The notes under the pieces: generated by a model
Told to the model about the DNA's origin: nothing
Databases searched by the model: none
What the model saw: the letters and a program-made list of their open reading frames with translations, nothing else
In this document: piece by piece, positions 56,785-64,000 of the stretch
Numbering within the stretch: the stretch's first letter is position 1
How the letters are laid out: each line of letters opens with the position of its first letter
NCBI GenBank assembly: GCA_039024335.1
Contig: JBCCQM010000015.1
Location: forward strand, 3,781-67,780
Direction of reading: 5' to 3'
DNA: 64,000 nucleotides
Source of the DNA: Myxococcota bacterium
GTDB lineage: Bacteria > Myxococcota_A > Polyangia > Nannocystales > Nannocystaceae
Translations under genes and position numbers: made by a program

Positions 56785-58274
56785 CGGTCGTCCCCTTCGT
56801 CTTCGTCTTCGCCCTTGTCGTCGTCGGCGTCGGCCGACGCCTCAGCCTCCGCGCCTGCCGAATCCTCTTCGTCGGCAGCATCATCGGCGTCCGCGTCCGC
56901 GTCCGCGTCATCGGCGTCAGCGTCATCGGCATCCGCGTCATCGGCATCTGCCGCATCGCCCGTCTCGGCCGACGCCCCTCCGGGCGCGGCTTCGGCCGGC
57001 ACGTCGTTGAGGGCCGACTCGAGCAGGCGCACGCTGAAGTGCAGCGCCAGAAGCCCGAAGCCCACCGGGAACATCAGCTGGAACATCCAGTCGTCCGCGA
57101 ACGGCGCGACCTCCTTCGGATACTCGCGGCTGATGTCGACCAACTTTTGGCCAGCATTGGCCAGCGTAAGGCAGACGGCAATGGCCAATCCGTTCGTAAC
57201 CACGCCAGCCCATCGATTGACCGCCGGTGGCAAAAGCTTGCTAGCTGCGTCGATGTTGATGTGTTTCCGACGAGCCGTGGCCAGCGCTCCACCCAAGAAA
57301 GACATCACGATCACGAGCTGACGCAAAAGGACATCGATCCAGTCGAGCTTGATGTCGTCGATGAGGGTCACCATCCGCGCGGCAAAGGACCCCTCCGGCG
57401 GCGGTCCGCCCTTGGGCCTCTCATCGACCTCATGGGCCGGGGCGTCGATCTCCTGCAGGTTGTCGAAGACGTCGTCGTCGCCGAAGTCGTCGGCCTCGTC
57501 TTCTTCGTCCGCGGGGTCGGCATCGCCGGAGTCCGCTGCGGCCGGCTTGGGCTTTGCGCCGCCGAACGCACCGCCGAAGCCCTCGTCGTCCTCTTGACCG
57601 CCGGAGTCGTCCCCGCCGCCGAATGCCCCACCAAAGTCTCCGCCGTCTTTCTTGGCGACCGGCTCGTCCTCTTCGGACTCGTCCTCATCGCGGCCGAACG
57701 CGCCGCCGAAGTCTTCTTCGTCCTCGACCGGCTTGGGTTCCGGTGCAGGCTTGGCATCCTCGTCGTCTCGGCCGCCTCCGAACGCCCCGCCGAAGTCCTC
57801 ATCCGCGTCGTCCGCAGCGGGCTTCGGCGCCGGCTTGGAAGGCTCTGCATCCTCGTCGTCTCGGCCGCCGCCGAACGCACCGCCGAAGTCTTCATCCGCG
57901 TCGTCCGCCGCGGGCTTCGGCGCGTCGCCGTCTTCAGGATCGTCGTCGCCGCCGCCGGAACCGCCGCCACCGAACGCGCCACCGAACTCACTCTTCTCGG
58001 TTGGCGTATCCCCGGCCGGCGCGGGCGCCTCGGGCTTGGCGTCCGCCGGCTCGGGTGCAGCCGGGGTGCCAGGCACCTCATGCGCGGCTGGCTCCACCGG
58101 CGGGCCGCTGTGGGCCCAGTGGACCTGCAGCGGCACCAAGATGTTGCGGTAGACCACGTTGTAGCCAGCGAGGGCCAGCATCAGCAAGACGATGCCGACC
58201 AGCGCGGCCCCCTCGAGCCGCACAAGCTGTGCCTCCAGCGCGCGGAGCCGATTCATGCTCCGCTTGTACCGCAT
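56781..58274 (-). CDS. dctQ: TRAP transporter small permease subunit (DctQ family) with a large acidic FG-motif insertion and an acidic C-terminal tail
   Basis: DctQ-like TM1 (GAALVGIVLLMLALAGYNVVYRNIL) and TM2-4 (LDWIDVLLRQLVIVMSFLGGALATARRKHINIDAASKLLPP...). About 250 aa of low-complexity sequence separates TM1 from TM2-4. Start is ATG 58274 or 58256; the ORF is open to 58313. Confidence 0.8.
   Translation of the reverse strand: MRYKRSMNRLRALEAQLVRLEGAALVGIVLLMLALAGYNVVYRNILVPLQVHWAHSGPPVEPAAHEVPGTPAAPEPADAKPEAPAPAGDTPTEKSEFGGAFGGGGSGGGDDDPEDGDAPKPAADDADEDFGGAFGGGRDDEDAEPSKPAPKPAADDADEDFGGAFGGGRDDEDAKPAPEPKPVEDEEDFGGAFGRDEDESEEDEPVAKKDGGDFGGAFGGGDDSGGQEDDEGFGGAFGGAKPKPAAADSGDADPADEEDEADDFGDDDVFDNLQEIDAPAHEVDERPKGGPPPEGSFAARMVTLIDDIKLDWIDVLLRQLVIVMSFLGGALATARRKHINIDAASKLLPPAVNRWAGVVTNGLAIAVCLTLANAGQKLVDISREYPKEVAPFADDWMFQLMFPVGFGLLALHFSVRLLESALNDVPAEAAPGGASAETGDAADADDADADDADADDADADADADDAADEEDSAGAEAEASADADDDKGEDEDEGDDR
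57558..57986 (-). repeat. Coding tandem repeats encoding six (D/E)FGGAFG motifs, including two near-identical 93-bp units
   Basis: The units at about 57738-57830 and 57831-57923 align with a 93-nt period (AACGC[C/A]CCGCCGAAGTC[C/T]TCATCCGCGTCGTCCGC...). They encode APKPAADDADEDFGGAFGGGRDDEDA twice. Confidence 0.9.
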
Positions 58275-58354
58275 TTCGCCCCCGCGCTGGATCTCCAGGC
58301 GGGGGCGCATCATCCCCGGCGGGAGGCCGGAGGGTCAGAGTCGAGGCGTCTCGA

Positions 58355-59362
58355 CTACAGGTAGCTGTCCATCTCGGCAACCAGGTCGGCGTCGAACGTG
58401 GACCCGACCAGCTTCTTGCGCACGCCCTTGGCGATGGCCTTCCACTCGTCCATGTTCGTCGGCTCGACGACCTGCACGCCCTTCTCGGTGAGCGTGGCGA
58501 CGGCTTTCTTGTTGTCCTTTCGAATCCGCTTGACCAGCTTGGCCCCGTATTCGTTCGACACGTCCATCAGCAGCTGCTTGTGATCATCGCTGAGCTTGCC
58601 AAAGCTCTTCTGCGAAATAACCGAGGCACCCAGTCCCATCGCCATGCGTAGGTTCGTGACGTACTTGATCTTCGAGTACCACTGCAGCGAGATGAGGGCG
58701 TAGGGCGAGCTCGCGCACGCATCGATGACGCCGGTTTGAAGGCTTGGCAGCACGTCAGGGACGCTCAGCTCCACACCGTTGACGCCCGCGACTTCGGCGG
58801 TGACTTTGGTGACGGGGTCGGCATCCCAAACCCAAAACTTCGTGGACTTGAGGTCGGAGGGACTCGCGACGGGCGTGTTCGAGAACGGGTACAGAAACCC
58901 TACGTCGCCCCAGTTGCTGAGATGAAACCCGCCGTCGGCGAAGAGCTTCTCGAAGCTCGGCTTCATCTTCTCCCGGACTCGGTCCACCTGCTTGTAGTTG
59001 GAGAACAACATCGGGAACTGCATCATCAGCACCTGTTTGTTGATCTCCCCAAGGCCGACCGAAGTGACGGCGGCGCCGTCGAGCTGCCCGGTCCGGCACT
59101 TCCGAATCATGGCTGGCTCATCCCCCATGACGCCACCGACGTAGACCTGCATCTTGATTGCACCGTCGGACCGCGCCTTGACCTCTCGTGCAATCATCTT
59201 GAAGGCCTTCGCCCAGCTCGAGCCGTCAGGGGCGAGCGAGGCGATCTTCAAGGTGTGTTTCGCTTCCCCTTTGGCGATGAGCGGGGCGCCAACCGCGGCG
59301 ACACCGGCAGCGGCGGTGGAGGTGCGAAGGAAGGTGCGTCGGGTCGGCTTCTTCAGCGTCAT
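58355..59362 (-). CDS. dctP: TRAP transporter substrate-binding protein (DctP family), Tat signal
   Basis: MTLKKPTRRTFLRTSTAAAG twin-arginine leader. DctP-like core (LKIASLAPDGSSWAKAF, GAIKMQVYVGGVMGDE). Confidence 0.88.
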   Translation of the reverse strand: MTLKKPTRRTFLRTSTAAAGVAAVGAPLIAKGEAKHTLKIASLAPDGSSWAKAFKMIAREVKARSDGAIKMQVYVGGVMGDEPAMIRKCRTGQLDGAAVTSVGLGEINKQVLMMQFPMLFSNYKQVDRVREKMKPSFEKLFADGGFHLSNWGDVGFLYPFSNTPVASPSDLKSTKFWVWDADPVTKVTAEVAGVNGVELSVPDVLPSLQTGVIDACASSPYALISLQWYSKIKYVTNLRMAMGLGASVISQKSFGKLSDDHKQLLMDVSNEYGAKLVKRIRKDNKKAVATLTEKGVQVVEPTNMDEWKAIAKGVRKKLVGSTFDADLVAEMDSYL

Positions 59363-59507
59363 GGCGTGGCTCTACGGTCTAGCGGTCGGAAAACGGGGCG
59401 CGTCGCCGAGGCGACGGGGCAGTTGTACCCGAGGAGGCCTAGTGCAGCACAGGCCGCAGCCCCTGGGACCTCGCCATTAGACGGCGGCGAGGCCGTTGCA
59501 TTCAGTC

Positions 59508-60425
59508 TCACTCCAGAATCAGGTCTTCCACGTGGGTCGACCAGAACCGTGCGCGAGACCGCGCAAGTTCGTTCGTGAGCCGCATTTCCTGAGGCATTGC
59601 GGTCACGTCGGCCGTCAGCACGCGCTTCATGAGCGTATCCCACAGGGCGCGATCCTGGGCGGCCGGGCAGTAGTAGCGGGCGAACAGGAACGCCACCATG
59701 AGGCTCTCCCCACCGCTGCGCTCGAGCGCCTCCTCGAAGAACTTCTTGGACACCTCGGGCTGGCCGCCGAGTGCCTTGGGGATGGACGCGTTGAGCACCC
59801 CGAAGAACAGCGTGGGCGCGCCGCCGTTGTAGCCGGGGTCGAGCTCGTACGCGCGACGCATCAGCTCCTTCGCGGGGCCCAGGCCGGCCATCATCGCGGG
59901 GTCGTCCTTCGAGAGGTTGATCGCCGACGCCCATCCGTACGTCGCCCAGAACAAGGCGGGCTGCTGCTCGGGCTTGATGTCCTCGAGCAGCTCGCCCATG
60001 CGCTCGAGGTCGGCGGCTTCGGCCGCTGCCCGCAGCTCGGGCTCGTCGAGCAAGCGCCAGCCGTACTCGCTGCCGCGCAGGTAGAAGATCTTCGCGCGAC
60101 GCGTCAGCTCGTCGATCTCCTCCTCGGTCCCGTCGATGCTCGCGCGGTCGAGGTCGTCTTCGACGAAGCCGAACGCGTAGGAGCTGTACCCACGCGCGAG
60201 CAGGAGGAGCAGGTGCTCGTTGTCCGGCGTGTTGACCAGGAACGTCTCGAGCGTCTTGAGGCTCGCGGGGAACGCCTCCCGGGCAAACTGGGGATCGGAC
60301 TCGCGGTCCAGCGCGCTGCTTCCGGCGTAGACCATGTCGGCCGAAGCGTTGGCGGTCAGCTTGCTGAGATTGCACGCGGGCAGCAGGGTCAACAGGCAGG
60401 CGAGGACACTCGTAGAACGCAGCAT
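59508..60425 (-). CDS. TatT-like TPR lipoprotein (T-component of TPR-protein-associated TRAP transporters)
   Basis: Lipobox LLPAC. An all-helical 305-aa protein with the TatT-family sequence style (FPASLKTLETFLVNTPDNEHLLLLLARGYSSYAFGFVED, ALFWATYGWASAINLSKDDP, GGAPTLFFGV). Immediately upstream of dctPQM on the same strand. Confidence 0.7.
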   Translation of the reverse strand: MLRSTSVLACLLTLLPACNLSKLTANASADMVYAGSSALDRESDPQFAREAFPASLKTLETFLVNTPDNEHLLLLLARGYSSYAFGFVEDDLDRASIDGTEEEIDELTRRAKIFYLRGSEYGWRLLDEPELRAAAEAADLERMGELLEDIKPEQQPALFWATYGWASAINLSKDDPAMMAGLGPAKELMRRAYELDPGYNGGAPTLFFGVLNASIPKALGGQPEVSKKFFEEALERSGGESLMVAFLFARYYCPAAQDRALWDTLMKRVLTADVTAMPQEMRLTNELARSRARFWSTHVEDLILE

Positions 60426-60550
60426 GGAAACGGCCGGGGTACGCAGCCCGCGCAGTATGGCGCCGGCCTACAACGGGGCGCAACCGGCTCCGACGGGGGA
60501 AGGAATCGGCCCCCGAAGCCACCGTTCTCGTCGTACTCTGGCCGCTCGTC

Positions 60551-60976
60551 ATGAAGCAGCTCGGACGCGTCGCTTTTCTCGCCCTCTCCTGCGCAGCCCT
60601 CCTGCCTGGCTGCGACAAGGTCAAGCAGTGCAACAAGTTGATCAACGCCATCAACGCGCACACGCCCAAGCTGACCGCCGCGACCGAGAAGTTCGGCGAG
60701 ATCGAGAAGAACCCGAAGGTCGTCGAGGAGTACGAGGCAGTCGTCGAAGCGGCGATCACCGACGTTCAGGGCCTCGACCTCAGTGACGAGCAGGTCGCAG
60801 GCTTTGCGAAGCGCTACGAGACGCTGCTCGAGGACGCCAAGTCGATCGGGCCCCAGATGAAGGAGGCCAGCTCCGACATCACCAAGATGCAGGCCGTGGT
60901 CGGCAAGGCCGATGAGATCCGCAAGACCGAGGACACGCTGGTCGGCGAGGTCAACACGTACTGCGGCGGCCAGTAG
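60551..60976 (+). CDS. Hypothetical helical lipoprotein
   Basis: Lipobox ALLPGC. 141 aa with good codon bias. Confidence 0.7.
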   Translation: MKQLGRVAFLALSCAALLPGCDKVKQCNKLINAINAHTPKLTAATEKFGEIEKNPKVVEEYEAVVEAAITDVQGLDLSDEQVAGFAKRYETLLEDAKSIGPQMKEASSDITKMQAVVGKADEIRKTEDTLVGEVNTYCGGQ

Positions 60977-61021
60977 CCCCCTGCCCTCTCCTTCCCCGAA
61001 GGAACGAATCGACGCACGGCC

Positions 61022-62005
61022 ATGCTGGACTTCCAGAACGACCCTTGGGGTGCGGCCATGGTCGCGACCGCCGGCGTGAGCGCCGTTGGTCTGCTGCTCG
61101 TCGTCGCTCGACAGGTCTCGGGCCGCCGCGCCGCTGCGGGCGGATGGACGCTTGGCCTCGGCCTCACCGCGTTCTTGGGGAGCGCCGCCCTCGGCACGCT
61201 CGAGCAGGTCGATGCCGCGCCGGCGGCTGCCGCAGAGGCCCCGGTGGAAGCTCGAGCGGCCGCACCGAAGACCGCCGCGGACGCGTCAGCTGACCCGGTC
61301 GCGCCGAAGGAGGCTCCCGAGAACCCGGCCAAGCCCGACCCTGCCCCCGTCGGCGAGGATCCAACCCCGGCGGTCGACGAACCTCCGCCGACCCCCCCGG
61401 AGGCGCCGGCGGTCGAGGCCGGGAGCGCCCTGGAGCCCGTGGCCGCGCTCCCGTCGGATCCGGCGGCCCGAAAGACCGCGATTCGCAAGGTCCTGCGCGC
61501 CGCCAAGAACGTCTACGAGGACGAGACGGCCTGCAAGCAAGCCAAGGCCGTGGGCCAAGCGTGGGCACAGATCGCGGCGTTGCCCGACGACGCGCCGAAG
61601 GCTCGCGCCGACGTCGTCGTGCGCCGCCTCGAGCAGTGCCGCCGAAGCACGCGCTGGGCGGTCGCCTACTCGGTCCACCGTGACCGGGTCGACGCCCGCG
61701 ACGCGTTCGAGGAAACGTTCGCAGACCGGCTCGAGACGGACCACGGCCTCCGCGCCTTCATCAAGCTCTCCGGCAAGAACCACGAGAAAATGCGCGTGGG
61801 CAGCGGCCGCTTCGACGACGACGTGATCGCCAAGATCATGACCGAGGCGACGAAGGCCGAGCTTGCTGAGCTCGGGTTCGAACGCGTGGTGTTCGCGTCG
61901 GGCAAAAAGGCATGGCCGCACGACCTCGACGTTCGCGCTGAAGATGGCTACGTCGGCGACGTGCTCGCGCCATACGGCCTGCGCAACAAGCTGAGCCTGG
62001 ACTAA
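61022..62005 (+). CDS. Hypothetical membrane-anchored protein with Pro/Ala-rich linker
   Basis: Two N-terminal hydrophobic segments, a PA-rich linker, and a ~190-aa C-terminal domain. No recognisable motif. Confidence 0.65.
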   Translation: MLDFQNDPWGAAMVATAGVSAVGLLLVVARQVSGRRAAAGGWTLGLGLTAFLGSAALGTLEQVDAAPAAAAEAPVEARAAAPKTAADASADPVAPKEAPENPAKPDPAPVGEDPTPAVDEPPPTPPEAPAVEAGSALEPVAALPSDPAARKTAIRKVLRAAKNVYEDETACKQAKAVGQAWAQIAALPDDAPKARADVVVRRLEQCRRSTRWAVAYSVHRDRVDARDAFEETFADRLETDHGLRAFIKLSGKNHEKMRVGSGRFDDDVIAKIMTEATKAELAELGFERVVFASGKKAWPHDLDVRAEDGYVGDVLAPYGLRNKLSLD

Positions 62006-62066
62006 GCGCTCGTACGACCGCGGCGCCAGGGTTGACGGCGCCACGACGTCGCTCCACCTGCGTTGA

Positions 62067-63059
62067 TCAACCCGCGTCGATGATCGCTTCGATGGCGCGC
62101 TGCGTGTGCACCCGGATCATCTGACGTCGATACGGAGCCTCGTACGGCACGTTCTCCAGCGGCTTGCACTGGGCGTACGCGCGCTCGGCAACCGTGTGCG
62201 CGACCGTCGGGTCCGACAGCTTGCGCCCGATGGCATCCTCGAGCCGGGTCAGCTTGCGTGGCTTGCTGCCGAGCACGCCGGCCACGACCGCGATGTCGGT
62301 GACCTCGGCGTGTACCGAGTCGCTGGCCAGCGAGAACCGAAGCGCGACCGACACGAGCGGAAAGTCGATGCTATCCCGCACGGTCCACTTCGCGTAGCGA
62401 GCCCGCGTCGCGCCCGAGGGGATCGGGATGCGGACTTCGCTGGTGACCTCTGCGTCGAGGCGCTTGGTGTGCTTGGTGCCGTCCGCGCCGTAGTAGTCCA
62501 ACAGCGGCATCTCGCGGCGGCCTTCGGGGCCGACGTTGACGATGCTCGCGTCGAGGCTGCTCAAGACGGGCACGAGGTCGCTGCTCATCGCGGCGACGCA
62601 GATGCGCCCCTTGGGCACGACGTGGCAGACGTCGCCCTCGGACTTGAGGCAGCCGCCGATCGCCGAGCGCCAAAAATGCGTTTGGTTGACGTAGCGGCAG
62701 CGAGTGTCGAGGTTCACGTTGCCACCGAGCGTGCCCATGTTTCGAATGAGCGGGCTGGCGACGATGCTCGCGGCGTACGCCAGGCTGGGGAACAGCGCCT
62801 GCACGCGAGCATGCTCGGCGATGTCGGTGAGCGTCACGCCGGCACCGATCCGCAGCGCGCCGTCCTCTTCCTTCACCTCGCGCAAGCTGGTGACGCGCGC
62901 GAGGCTGACCAGCATCGGTGGCTGATCGAGCCGGTGCTTGAGGTTGGGCAGGATGTCGGTGCCGCCAGCCACGATGCGCGCGCCCGGCTGGGCGAGCGCC
63001 GTGACGGCGTCATCGAGGGTCTCGGGGCTTTGAACGCCGAAGCGAGGCAAGCGAAGCAT
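62067..63059 (-). CDS. Xanthine dehydrogenase / CO dehydrogenase family FAD-binding subunit (CoxM-like)
   Basis: FAD_binding_5 signature (ARIVAGGTDILPNLKHR, GTLGGNV). ATGA overlap with the upstream large-subunit gene. Confidence 0.85.
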   Translation of the reverse strand: MLRLPRFGVQSPETLDDAVTALAQPGARIVAGGTDILPNLKHRLDQPPMLVSLARVTSLREVKEEDGALRIGAGVTLTDIAEHARVQALFPSLAYAASIVASPLIRNMGTLGGNVNLDTRCRYVNQTHFWRSAIGGCLKSEGDVCHVVPKGRICVAAMSSDLVPVLSSLDASIVNVGPEGRREMPLLDYYGADGTKHTKRLDAEVTSEVRIPIPSGATRARYAKWTVRDSIDFPLVSVALRFSLASDSVHAEVTDIAVVAGVLGSKPRKLTRLEDAIGRKLSDPTVAHTVAERAYAQCKPLENVPYEAPYRRQMIRVHTQRAIEAIIDAG

Positions 63060-64000
63060 CAGGCGATCCTCCGGGCACCGTCGGTGTCGGGCTTGTGGGG
63101 CGAGAGTTCTCCGGCGCGCTCTCGTTCAGCGCGCGCCTGCAGGGCCGCGAGCACGCGCGGCGGCGTGAACGGCAGCGCGTCCATGCGGACGCCGACCGCG
63201 TCGTAGATCGCGTTGGCAATGGCGGGGATGCTCGGATGCAGCGGCCCCTCCCCCGCCTCCTTGGCACCGTACGGACCTTGGGCATCGGGCGACTCGACAA
63301 TGATCGCCTCGAGGTCCGGCGTGTCGAGGAACGTGGGGATGCGGTAGTCGAGCAGGCTGGGCCCGGGGTGCACGCCGTTGTGGTCCGGATCCACGATGTG
63401 CTGCTCCATGATGGCTTCGGCAAAGCCCATGTAAGCCGAGCCTTCCATCTGGCCCTCGACGATCTTGCGGCTGAGCGCGCGACCGCAGTCGTGCGCGACC
63501 CAGATCGTCTTCACGTCCACGACGCCGGTCAGCGGGTCCACCTCGACCTCGGCCACGTGCGCGGTGAAGCTGTACGCTGGAGACGCGCCGATCGTGCCGC
63601 CGCGATATTCGCCGTGCCGGTCCTTCGGCGTGTTGTACGAGCCGGTCGCCCCGAGCAGCCCATTGTCGGCCTCGGCCCACTGGAACGCGTCGGCGAGCGG
63701 CACGTTGCGCTCGGGGTCTTCACGGTCGATCGCCATGCCGTCGGCCAGCGTGACGCGCTTGCGAGAGACCTCCCAGCGCTTGCCGACCGCCTCGGTGACC
63801 AGTCGGCGCAGCTTGGCGGCCGCCTCGACGCACGCGTTGCCGACCATCAGCGTGATCCGGGAGCTGTAGGCACCCAGGTCGACCGGGCACAGGTCGGTGT
63901 CGGCCGAGAGCACGCGAATGTCGTCGAGCGGCAGGCCGAGTTCGTTGCCGGTGATGACCGCGAGCATCGTGTTGCTGCCCTGCCCGATGTCGTTCGCGCC
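63059..64000 (-). CDS. Xanthine dehydrogenase family molybdopterin-binding large subunit, C-terminal part (5' end outside the window)
   Basis: The reading frame is open to the window edge. C-terminal aldehyde-oxidase/XDH domain style (VAHDCGRALSRKIVEGQMEGS, GAKEAGEGPL). Confidence 0.82.
   Translation of the reverse strand, partial: GANDIGQGSNTMLAVITGNELGLPLDDIRVLSADTDLCPVDLGAYSSRITLMVGNACVEAAAKLRRLVTEAVGKRWEVSRKRVTLADGMAIDREDPERNVPLADAFQWAEADNGLLGATGSYNTPKDRHGEYRGGTIGASPAYSFTAHVAEVEVDPLTGVVDVKTIWVAHDCGRALSRKIVEGQMEGSAYMGFAEAIMEQHIVDPDHNGVHPGPSLLDYRIPTFLDTPDLEAIIVESPDAQGPYGAKEAGEGPLHPSIPAIANAIYDAVGVRMDALPFTPPRVLAALQARAERERAGELSPHKPDTDGARRIA

Overview
Very high G+C bacterial chromosomal segment; third codon positions are almost uniformly G/C. 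It is most consistent with a myxobacterium (Myxococcota). The evidence for that is Myxococcus-type cysteine-rich CG.G..GE.CD.G repeats, a MYXO-CTERM-like tail, MJ0042-type zinc ribbons, and an unusually high density of lipoproteins with acidic S/T/D/G linkers. This taxon call is inference from sequence style, not from a database search. I call about 50 protein genes and one tRNA-His(GUG). I found no rRNA, CRISPR array, transposase, integrase or prophage genes.

Housekeeping genes: moeA 3' end, an RluA-family pseudouridine synthase, a PP2C phosphatase, an RpoH-like sigma factor, queF, pyrE, purQ, a PurS-PurL-type purL, leuS, an OmpR/histidine-kinase pair, and xanthine-dehydrogenase-family subunits. 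These are interleaved with accessory cell-envelope genes.

Most unusual items:
1. A TRAP transporter operon of the TatT-associated class. Its DctQ-like small subunit carries a ~250-aa acidic insertion with six FGGAFG motifs in the first periplasmic loop, plus a (DA)n tail.
2. Two tandem paralogous ~515-aa cysteine-rich lipoproteins built on a vWA/MIDAS-like core.
3. Two tandem paralogous ~690-aa lipoproteins, each with an EGF-like Cys knot and six ~93-aa repeats. They lie next to an FG-GAP propeller lipoprotein and a Cys-rich-repeat lipoprotein.
4. An orphan 1316-aa vWA + PilY1-like protein and a FadL-like porin, inside a ~10-kb block that separates purQ from purL.
5. Structured non-coding DNA: a 68-bp tandem repeat, a 151-bp repeat family, a 168-nt nested hairpin with strand-asymmetric G-U pairs, a triple GAGACA/TGTCTC hairpin, and a nested palindrome.

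Many very long ORFs in the six-frame track are GC-driven antisense shadow ORFs and were not called. All functional calls rest on motifs I could read in the translations. No searches were run.
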